Shown here in pieces: positions 24,575 through 35,429 of a DNA stretch of 64,000 bases; the stretch's first letter is position 1, and the number at the start of each line of letters is the position of its first letter. The notes beneath the pieces are model-generated. The model did no database searches, was not told the origin of the DNA, and worked only from the letters and a program-made list of their open reading frames with translations. Source of the stretch: Macrostomum hystrix (lineage: Eukaryota; Animalia; Platyhelminthes); the NCBI GenBank assembly GCA_950097015.1, contig CATNEN010000038.1:24490001-24554000 (forward strand), given 5' to 3'. The position numbers and the translations under genes were made by a program.

Positions 24575-25421
24575 AGACTATAGGCCTAGACTAGGCCAAG
24601 CTGTCTTTTTAGCAACTGTTATGTCTTAAGTGTGTCAAATTGCATTGGACACTTTGCCAAAATTAGATCTGAGCCTTAATCTTGGCTCTTGAATGTACTT
24701 GTCTTTTAACTTATTGTTTTAATTGCTCTCAATGCTTCTTAGTCCTCACAAATGTAGTGTACATGCTTTGAGGCAAGAATTCATTGTCTATGGGCAAGAC
24801 CAAACCCTTGGCTTGGCTTATAGTGACAGCAGCAATGTCATGTCTTTTTTTAAGCAGGAAAGCCATTTTTATTTTAACTAGGCTGTCATGCCTGTCATGT
24901 CCATTGTATGTCAATATAGATAAGGTTGAATGTCATAGCAAACAGCTGTTTAACATTAATTATGCAAGTTAACTTAATGCAAACAAGCTAAAATAGCACA
25001 CACTAAATATGAATACTTGACTAATATCTGTCTGAGGTGTCCATTTGTAGGTAGGCTATGCATCAAGCAGCTGTAGCAACATTATCTAGGGAGATACAAA
25101 ACACAAGAGCACAGCTAAAAGGTTTTATAAGCATTAGACAGTGGGTGAACAGAATTATTATAAACATATTATATTATTCTTATTATATAAGTGTAATTTA
25201 GAACTGCTATTACATGTTGCATCTATAAATTTTAAACTCGGATTTGCAGTTGAAAGTAAATAAAGTGCATGTGCTTCGGAACAATAATATTTAGATGAAT
25301 TCTAAAAGGAAAAGGAAAAATTGTAGATTAATTGAAAAATCATTTCATTACCTACTAATGGTATTTGTATCCCATTACCTACTATTATTATTATGTAATA
25401 ATAATTAACAAACTTAATAAA

Positions 25422-26600
25422 ATGCTTCCAAAAACTTCTAGTCCAACTTGTGTTTTTCCTGTCTCTCATAATTATTTATCTAGGCTGTGCAGTTCAGCCA
25501 GTGGTAAAGGCGGTGACAGCAGTGCCAGCGCCAAGCATTACAACAGCATTGATGAGAAGGATGTGGCTAAAGAGGCTCAGTACAAAAGTCACATGGCTGA
25601 CAGGAAGCTGACCTCGCCTTGGACATTGTCAGAAGAGGAGAAATTCAAATCTGTCAACATGAACTTATTCAAATATCGAATGCGCGACGCCGAGGTGGAC
25701 AAAGCGGCCCCAACTTTTGTTGAACGCCGCGTTGAACCCGGCGCCACGGTCACCGTGCCGGCCAAGGATGACGTCACCGCTCTGTCCGGCGTTCCTGAGG
25801 AGCACATCAAAACAAGACACGTCAGGATCTACTGCCCCACCAGGTCAGCCCCGCCAGATATTTTCTGCTGCTAGTCCCTTCACTGTCTAACATGTCTGTT
25901 CACCCACTGTCTAACATGTCTGTTCACCCACTGTCTAACATGTTCTGTACACCCACTGTCTAACATGTTCTGTACACCCACTGTCTAACATGTCTGTACA
26001 CCCACTGTCTAACATGTTCTGTACACCCACTGTCTAACATGTCTGTTCACCCACTGTCTAACATATTCTGTACACCCTATGTCTAACATATCTGTGCAAC
26101 CACTGTCAAACATGTTCTGTACACCCACTGTCTAAAATGTCTGTTCACCCACTGTCTAACATGTTCTGTACACCCACTGTCTAACATGTTCTGTACACCC
26201 ACTATCTAACATGTCTGTTCACCCACTGTCTAACATGTCTGTACACCCACTGTCTAACATGTCTGTACACCCACTGTCTAACATGTTCTGTACACCCACT
26301 GTCTAACATGTCTGTACACCCAGATCCGTCACCCAGTCCGGCTCGCACGGCACCAAAAACTGGCGCATCGAGTTTGACTCGCGCGAACGCTGGGAGAATT
26401 CCCTGATGGGTTGGACTAGCTCAGCTGATCCCCTATCAACAATGGCCATCAGCTTTGCCAGCTCCGAGGAGGCCGCCGAATTCTGTCAACGCAACGGCTG
26501 GGCCTACCACATCGAGGAGCGCCGGGTGCCACCGCTGCGGCCGAAATCCTACGGGGCCAACTTCAGCTGGGACAAGCGTACTCGCCGGTCTACTAAATAA
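25422..26600 (+). CDS. NDUFS4: NADH dehydrogenase [ubiquinone] Fe-S protein 4 (complex I 18-kDa subunit)
   Basis: Exons 25422-25843 and 26324-26600: [64 protein letters not shown]. The start is uncertain because a possible acceptor lies near 25482. Confidence 0.93.
25880..26323. repeat. 23-24-bp minisatellite (CACTGTCTAACATGTCTGTACACC)n filling the NDUFS4 intron
   Basis: Direct reading; the last unit ends in the acceptor CAG. Confidence 0.95.
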
Positions 26601-27226
26601 AACTCTATTAGAGTTTGAACTCTATTAAACAATGCTTCTGCACTGTGTTAGATTTTATCATTTAGCTATCCGCTCTGTTGTTGTAATAAGTTGTTCAATT
26701 GAAGAATTCAACTCCTTAAGTCTGCCACGCCGCTAAAACTCTAGATTAGACAACTAGAAAGCGAAAAATATATTTACAGAGGTCGAAAACGAAACCCCAT
26801 TTTCTGCAGCAAAATTCTAAAATTGCTGTATGTAAAATTTAGTAAATAATTTAACTATTACAATCTTAATTTCAATTTTTTACTGAATTTAGACTTTTTT
26901 CATTGGCTACTACTCGTTATTGTAGTAGTATAATTATGAACTGTTTGGGGTGAGTAGCGGAGTGGTTAATATCCATACTCCATTCGGCACTACAAACATA
27001 CAAAATCTATAAAATAGGAAAAAAAACTTTCTGTAGCCTACTTGTAGTAGAGTCCATCGTCAATCAGTAGAGGAATTCATTTAGAAATAGTTTACATTTC
27101 TTCTCTCTGTTGTGCTAAGAACGCGTGGGGTCAGAATTATTATATAGACTAATTTGGAAGCTAAAAGCGAAAGCTAAAACGGAAATAAGTGTGTTTAAAA
27201 TTTTCAGTTTTTTGTGTCTTAAAACC

Positions 27227-27661
27227 TTGACGGATTTGAAGAGACGTCCCTGACGGATTTGAAGAGACGTCACTGACGGATTTGAAGAGACGTCCCTGAC
27301 GGATTTGAAGAGACGTCCCTGACGGATTTAAAGAGACGTTACTGACGGATTTGAAGAGACGTCCCTGACGAATTTGAAGAGACGCCCCTGACGGATTTGA
27401 AGAAACGTACCTGACGGATTTGAAGAAACGTACCTGACGGATTTGAAGAGACGTCACTGACGGATTTGAAGAAACGTACCTGACGGATTTGAAGAGACGT
27501 CACTGACGGATTTGAAGAGACGTCACTGACGGATTTGAAGAGACGTCCCTGACGGATTTGAAGAGACGTCACTGACGGATTTGAAGAGACGTCACTGACG
27601 GATTTGAAGAGACGTCACTGACGGATTTGAAGAGACGTCCCTGACGGATTTGAAGAGACGT
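27227..27661. repeat. 23-bp minisatellite (GACGGATTTGAAGAGACGTCMCT)n
   Basis: Direct reading; no unique spacers. Confidence 0.95.
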
Positions 27662-28869
27662 GCACCTTACATATTTAAACCGTTTCGCATTGAAAAGCCT
27701 GATGATTCCAATTGAAATTTCATAAACGCTCAATTATAATTTTACTTCGCAATTGAAACCTAACAGCCGCGTGTAATTTTTTGTTTTTGTAAAAATCGCA
27801 GTGACTAATTGGATTGACAATGTTTGTCCAACATCCTCTCTGTAGTTAAATTTGGTACTTGCGTGAATAATTTGCGGTCTTTATTTGCTTTTGTACGAGT
27901 ACTGGTTTACCAATATTCTATAGGTAAAAGAGAGCTGGAAAGAAATAATTTACTCGCTCCAACCTTCATAGTCTCATTGTTTACTGTCTGACTGTAGGCT
28001 CGCCTATACTCTCTATTCTTACTCTCTCTAGGTCTCCGCCAGATGAAGAGACAGGTTCTATCTAGATGGGAGTGCTTCCATCGCAGCATCCACCTCGATC
28101 AATCTTAGAACGGCGGTGTGCAAATTGTGAAATACCATTTATAGCTGATATGCTTTACTATACTACAAACAATAAGAGATATTGTCAGCTATGTGCGCCA
28201 GTAGCGTACGGTGGCATCATATAAGACTGCGTGTTAAGCCTGGGCCATCGTGCATGCCAAATATGTGCGAATGCACGAGTTGTCTAGCAGCTCAAAGCGC
28301 TCATTGTGAGTCGCCTCGGGCATACTTTGGGTAGTAAGTCTCATACCCCTCAGCTAAAACGATGGCTTCAATATTGCATATGCTCAGAGTTGATAGGAGA
28401 GAAAGAGAGCGACCAAAGGTGAATGTGCGATTGTTAAGAAGAGCATTCTGAACAGCTCACGTCTATTATAATGTATGCTAGTAGATGCTCAAATGAGAAA
28501 TCTTACACAGCGAGAGTATAGAGAATAATATAGGAGTGAGTCATCGCGAAGACATTACTTTATGCAACCTCTTGCTCTGAATTGTTTAAGCCCCGAAGCA
28601 TACTTGCACAGACTTTCGGCAGATTTCAGATCGCATTATAAATTCAGTGAAAGACAGATTCAACTATTCTAAACTGTTGACAACTATTTGTTCGAGTTTG
28701 TTTATGACCCGCCCGGCCTGAGAGGCACCGCATTTGCGCGCATTTGAAGCTGCTTTTGTTCAAGACAGGCCTTGGTTTAGCTGCATATAGTATAAGGGCG
28801 CCTTCTATACGCAGCGAAATTGCTCGCACAATGTCTTTATAACCTCTAAAACCTCAATGCAGTGCTGCA

Positions 28870-29143
28870 TATTTCGCTGACTCCTGAGCACACACGCACA
28901 CAGATACTGTACGCAGGCATACGCTCACACATGTGTGTACATCTGCCCTGACTTTCTCATCGTCAGGCAGTGTACACTCTCACTGTGCCTTGGAGGTTGG
29001 CCCTCATGGGCGTAAATTGCACGACAAGCCCTCAAGCCTTCTCTCCGCGGCTGCGCCCAAAATAAATGTGGCCTCGCCATGGAATCGAACTTAGGGACCG
29101 TGGTGCAAGAGGCAAACGCGTCAACCGCTCTGCCACCGACCCC
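28870..29143 (-). mobile_element. SINE family 2 (tRNA-derived head)
   Basis: Minus strand GGGTCGGTGGCAGAGCGG...GTTCGATTCC; body matches the 51342 and 4160 copies. Confidence 0.8.
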
Positions 29144-29344
29144 CTTGTGGGGTCCATAGTTGATTTAGAGTTGATATAGAGTGTCTTTGTTTGCGTACTT
29201 GTAACTGCACACCAGATTTGCACTGACGGATTGAATATCGATCATTACGATTTATTAACTTATAAAGTAAATATGAGTAGGAAAGCTGACTTGTTGGCTA
29301 TACGGTAACCGAGGGGAATCTCCTGCCCCGACAATTTTTGACGA

Positions 29345-29655
29345 ACGGAACAACGCAAGCACACGAAACTCAAGAACACGGGCCAAATTTTTGTTGCGCA
29401 TCTTCTGAAACAAGAATCAAGTCGCTAGCGCTTCAGACCGTCATGATATTCCGTGTTTCTGGCAGAAGGCCTAATTTTTTCCATAATGGACACCCTGACG
29501 CGAATTTCTCCAATTTCACTGATCAAGCCCAAATTAGGCGCAGTTCAACCACAGGACACCCTCGCCTAGTCTGTCAGCCAGTCAGTTACCACCCAACGCT
29601 GTTAGCATTCAGGCGCTGGCAAAAAATTCAGGGGCAAGTGGCTTGGTAGCTATCC
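29345..29655. repeat. Dispersed repeat, shorter (internally deleted) relative of 57700-59180
   Basis: Shares AAGCACACGAAACTCAAGAACACGGGCCAA, CTTCAGACCGTC and GGACACCCTGACGCGA blocks in the same order. Confidence 0.8.
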
Positions 29656-30913
29656 TTCGTTTACAACAGATTCGATAACCGACTTCACTGGAACAACAAT
29701 GTTTTATTCAGAAAAAAAACACTGAATTACGTCAGTTCACCGACCTGTTGAATGGTACCAGTTCTGACCCAATTAGTACAGCCTTTCAAGCACGCAGTAG
29801 CTATGCAGTCATAAAGCTAACACACACTGAGACATTGGCAAGCATTAGGATTTTATATGTGTCCATGACGCATTTGAATCACAGCTATTCATTCATTTTT
29901 CAAGGCTGAATTTTGTAAAAAAAAGTGTTTTTACATCTCTGAAATAAAAGATGAAAAAATTAGGCGCATTTGTTTCAAAACTATGCTCAAGAAAGCAAAG
30001 CTTATGCAACTCAGTGCTATGGGGGAGCAGTAACAACTGATGTGTGACAGCCTTATCTTCTTAACTTTAACGCTGCTCTCCAGTTTATATGTCGAGACTG
30101 CATGGTTAAAAATGATACTAAAATATTAGCATGCATTAACTTATGAATGCTGTAGCATGCTCATGCAGTGAGTATTTAGGATAGAAAAAGGGAATGAATT
30201 GAAACGATCTAGTAAGGATGTGCTTTCTGCGGCAGTGTTTAAACAAAATTTAGGATAAAAAAGCACGAGTATTTAGAAAGTAATGAATAAGTGGCAACTG
30301 TTTAGACCCAGAGGGTCGTATTTGAATAATCTCTAAACACAAACAATGAAGAAGGCGGACATTTAAACAATTAAAAAACAATAGGATTTTGGCAAAAGCA
30401 ATAAACACGAATATGTCTATAGTGTGGACAAACTGTCACAGGCTCGCCTAAAATGCTCAGCAAAAGCTTTAACTATTTTGTTAACTAATAAGAAAAACAG
30501 CACCACGTTACAAATACATAAAAAAATTCACGCCAGGCTGTTGGCTAAAAAAAGACACTCGATGAACACGCATTTTAGTAAATTGTTATTCAACTTGGTA
30601 TTGGAAGCAAATATTGAGTTATAAAATAAACTATAGTTCATAGCTTTAATAATTTAGTAAAAAAGCACTTTGATAAAAATATTTAACAAAAAGAGAAGTG
30701 ATTCTTAAGAATGTTATAAGCCTTCACCACTAGCATCATAATCAGGCAGCTATTGCAGCAACACGTTGAAATGATTTTTTGTACTTTTTCACGGCATGGA
30801 TTTAGAAACTTAAAAAAAACCTAAATATCAATAGATTACAAACAAAGATTTTAGACCTCCATAAAAAACGCAGAAAAGATAAAATCAATTTTTATAATCA
30901 AAAGTTAAACATT

Positions 30914-33722
30914 TTAGACCGTCGCCTCGTTCTCCTGGGCCGCTTCAAACACTTCCCTCTTCCGCGGATCGTTCTGGTAGCCGCCGATGAAGGAGCCCTG
31001 CTCGCCGAATTCTTCTGAAAGTTCAGATTTAAGCGAATCGTTAACAAGGGAGGGAAAAGTACACAAAGTAAATTTTGTAAATAGTCTTACTGAAGTCTAT
31101 GTCATCCTTGTACGCGTCGAGTTCTTTATCATCTCTGCTAGCCACTGACAGGCTGGAGCCAAGAGACATGCGGTTTCCTTGAACTGGAGCGGCACCATCC
31201 GGCACGCCATCTTCATCGCCCGGTTGATTCGCTACGCGTTGGTACTCCTTGAAGACCTCAGCCTTCGCTTCCTCTCTTGGATTGTGACCCAACTGAATTT
31301 CCTTCTCCTCAACCAAGTAAGCACGCTCGGGCTCCCGGCGCACACAGTACACGATAAGAATGATGCCGACTATGAGACAGATGGCAGCGATCACTATGCC
31401 AATGATCATCGTGTTGGCTACAGATGGTTCCGGAGGAGGCGCGGGCTTGACAAAAGTCAGGGCCACCGGTAAAAAGGAAAGACTGGCATTGATGTCGAAG
31501 TCGGTAGAGTAGAAGCACAGGCGATCCTGACGACAGTCCCAATCGCCAAGCGCAGGGATCGGGGCGCCGTGACGCTCCTTGTCCAGCTTTAGGTTTTGGA
31601 GTATGGCGTCTTCCTTGTAGCGGAAGTTGTACACAGGAATGAGCTTCTTCCTCTTCACCAGCTCGTCGCCAACCTCGTGGCTGCTCACAGGGTAGATCGT
31701 GTACGCAAGTCGTTGAGGTCTGTTCACAGTAGAGATTACCGAAGCGTTGTTGAACAAAATTTTTACATTTTCAAGAAGATCATTGTCTATTCTCAGATAC
31801 GATCTGACTTCAACACCCACACTTATGAGGAAGTTCATGAACTCGTCTGTGAGACTGAACTCAAAGACCGTGGTCTTGCCGAATCCACAAACCTGCACAG
31901 AGCAGCTGTTGTTGGGGTTCAACACGAAATGGCTGTGCGTGAGTCTCGGAATGAATACAACGTCGCCTCCGCTCTGCACTGCATAGGTTGGCATGCCGAC
32001 CTTCATGGACTCTGTCTCGTCAATGGACACATCACACACGAATCGATGAGTGAAGTTTGTTCCGTACGTTGTGTACACAGGTGGTACCCTAAGCACGGTG
32101 GCAGTTAAGCGCTTAACATCATTTCCTATGGATGTCTCATTTAGAATAAAGTTGTTGCTGTTAGTATTCACCTTTGCGAGGAACAGATCCAGACTGATTT
32201 TTTGCCATGCAACATTGCCACCGACTGTGGTCACAAAGTAGAACACGGGCTCAATTCTGACAGTTTCGAGGCTTGCAAAATACACTGCGCAGCTGTACGA
32301 GAGGTACTCATCCTCAATTGCATATACTTTCTCTGGAAGGAGCCCAGTAGATTTCACGCGACTGACGGACGTGAATGTCTCAGTCTGGAACTGTGGGAGC
32401 GAGATGACCTTGATATTGTAGCTGAAACTCTTTGCCCCAGCTTCACACCGATAGATTCCTGTGTGACTGTTAGATAATGTCGGTGGGAACTCGATGATGT
32501 TTCCAGTCCTGGAAAGCCTGACACCTTCCACAATGGTCCACTCATCTCCGGAACCGACGAGTTGAACATTATTTCGATAGAAGCGGAAGACCTCAGTCTT
32601 TTCGCTGCAGATGATGGGACAAACGATAGCGGTGAAGTCCATGCCAGAGAGAATGGTTACATTTGGACTTATGCCAGCAATCACCTCGCAAGACTTTGTT
32701 AATGGGGTACAGGTAGCGTATGATATTTCGCTGAGGAAAACTCGTTGCTGCACTGCAGCAGTTTGTTGGTATGGGTCAACCTCACCCGAGAAGGATACCA
32801 TCGTGCAGATGCCAACAGATGTCGATGGTTTCGTTTCATCGTAAAACCGACGCACCTCCTGTCTCAGACCACAGTTTGAGTACCACAGTTTTCCGTCATC
32901 GATGTTTAGCTTCATGAGCTTCTGGAACTGTTGATTATCGCCGTTCAGTTTTGAATTATAGTTCACAAACATAATGGACTTCCCCATTTGAAAGCTCAGA
33001 CAAGAACCAGCGTCGAAGTACAGAATCGCACCGAGATTCATCTTCGCCTTGAAGAAGTCGGGAGCCTCTTTAAGAACTTGACTGATCACAGGATCCAGGA
33101 ACTGTATGCTGGTGAAAGTTTCAGAACTCGACTTCATATTCTTTAAGAGTCCTACTGCCTGGTCAGTCAGGAATCTTCTTGTGTAGAGAGGGTTTGTAGA
33201 CGATGAGCCGAAGCTGCTGATCGCATCGAGGCTCCACATGAACAGCCTGTTAGACGTGAGGCTGCCGGACGTGTACTCCACTTTCACGTAGAGTTCAACG
33301 CGCTCTCTAAACACGTCGTTGTAGCTGAGCTTTGAAGTTCCCATCTTGAGTTGAAAGTCATCACCATCGACTTTGTCCAGGACGGACAACTGGAACGAGA
33401 TTGTAGTCCCACAGAGATCGCTCACACCTGTAGTGCTAATAGAGCTGAGGTCGATTGCTTCCTCGTTGGGTCTCTTGGGACACTTGTAGATGAGCAGCCG
33501 TTTCATCCGCCCACCAGTATCTCCAGTGACTTTCACGCGGATGCCAATCTTCTTGCCCTCACTGAGGATGGCCAGCATGTTGGAGCCGCCAACCTCCCAT
33601 TTGTCGTCCCAGGTCAACATAATCCTGCTAGAACGGAAGAACTCGAAGCGGGGCATTTGCTGGCTGGCCTGTGCCACCAGTGTGGAAACTGCCCCAAGCA
33701 GTAGAAGTTGTCCAATCAACAT
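30914..33722 (-). CDS. Divergent L1CAM/neuroglian-like type-I membrane protein (Ig-like ectodomain, FIGGY cytoplasmic tail), about 910 aa
   Basis: Exons 31091-33722 and 30914-31014; signal peptide; Ig motif HTGIYRCEA; TM IIGIVIAAICLIVGIILIVYCV; tail YLVEEKE..FKEY..ELDAYKDD..EFGEQGSFIGGY typical of the L1 family ankyrin-binding region. Confidence 0.85.
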
Positions 33723-35429
33723 TTAATTGCACTGCGGGAAGTTTACAAAATTGTAATTATGATAATCTGATGAGAAATAAACATTATTAATTTACCGTTT
33801 GGTAATTAATTTAAATTATTGACTCTACTAGGTAGCTTAGTAAATGTATTTGACTTCATAAGCCAAAATTAATATAAATGAATTTGGGAGAACATATTTT
33901 TATGTAAGGCCATAGCAATTAAATCTGACTATTGTTATTTTAAGAATAAAAACATAAAGCTTATTGTGAATAGTAATAATATAGAATATTATTAATATGT
34001 AATAATAGCTAGCAAAATAGCAAAACACAACTTTTTGCCTATTTATAATCTTTGGTCTGTGGATACAATCACTCTCAAAAAAAAATGTTAAATATGAGTT
34101 AAAAAGAAGACCACAGTTGTTTACAATACTTGCCAAAGCACGGTTTTAAGATTTAAAAACATTCTAAATAGCATAAAAATATAGTTCTATAGTTAGGGCA
34201 ATAGTACGAGAATTACCTTATAAAATAAATTAATTTACATAAAATTTCAATTTGCTATAAATAAAAGTATATGTAAAAGATAGCGACCAATAGTGAAAAA
34301 AGACGCTTACAAATATTTAAAAGTATGTGAATTTCGATTTTTTGCTAGTTTCGTCTAACAACAGTTATCTACGAAACAACGATCCAAACTAGAGAATTGA
34401 ACGATAAATAAAAAGTGGTGGACCGGACATGATCATTGAAAATTAAACATTAAGAATGCGTGATTTGATAAATAATATTTAAATTATATAGTTGATTAAA
34501 CTTAACTTTTTATATTTTTTGTCTACCTACGTTCTAGATTTCATTTTACGTCAAGACAAACATACGAATTTTTTACAAAAATTGTTTTAAACATAACGCC
34601 GTGAACGTATTTTATGCAAGGACCTTGATTTTCTTGATTTTATGTTGAATATATAATTTATAAATGATACGTTGATTCTCAGCTGCAGCAATCATAGAGC
34701 TTGCTCAGTCGACCTACATGAATGGCTTATCCAGCTTTCACTTGTAAGGCCTCGTTTATTGACTAATGCGCAATTTCGAGGTTGATTTGTGGAAATAAAT
34801 GCAGAAAACTAGAAATCTAGCTAGCTATGCAAAACAAAATTTTAAATTAAACTATGGAAATGGGTATTTTTCCAATTATTTTCTCGCAGTATCTTCTCTC
34901 GAATCTTGCTTTTGTCGGCTGATATATTATTATATGATTTGCTGAATGCATGATATCTAGCTCCTCCCCAAGGACGTACTACTTAACTTAACTTATATTT
35001 GTAATTCCTAGTAGTCCTTGCCCCGCCCAAGCTCGTGAGGGCGGGAATTAGTATACCGCGCCGGCTCCCGATGTATAGCAATCAGAGAACTGAGCCTAAT
35101 CTCCACCCCACCTCTGAATGATGCGCTTGCTCGCTTGAGGTGTCACAGATGAGAGTGGCCAAGATCCCCGAGATCAAGAGGAACTCTGACTGACACTAAC
35201 GAAACGGGGCAATTCTGCTCTAAATAGAGAATTTATTAGTTTTGGCTCACCCCAATCGGTCCATGGCCGAAGAATCTTTTTATATGAGGAATTATTAGAC
35301 AGTAGAGCTCAGCAAGAGAGAGCATCCTTTTGTATAAAGGGATTCTTAACTTGTTCTTCGCCATTCATATTAACGAAGAAGTAAAAAAGTAAATATGCAA
35401 ATATTTTGCTCAGAAGATATTCAGACTGC

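Noticed and set aside
27227-27661. CRISPR-like regular repeats (also 6594-7372 and 60918-61153)
   Set aside because: Head-to-tail units with no unique spacers, no cas genes, eukaryotic context.
31041-31090. ORF-track C-terminus SKTIYKIYFVYFSLPC of the 893-aa ORF
   Set aside because: Read-through into an intron; a GTAAGA donor at 31090 splices to the FIGGY exon.
35185-35210. Hammerhead-like CTGACTGA...GAAAC
   Set aside because: The core deviates from CUGANGA and no stem II can be formed.
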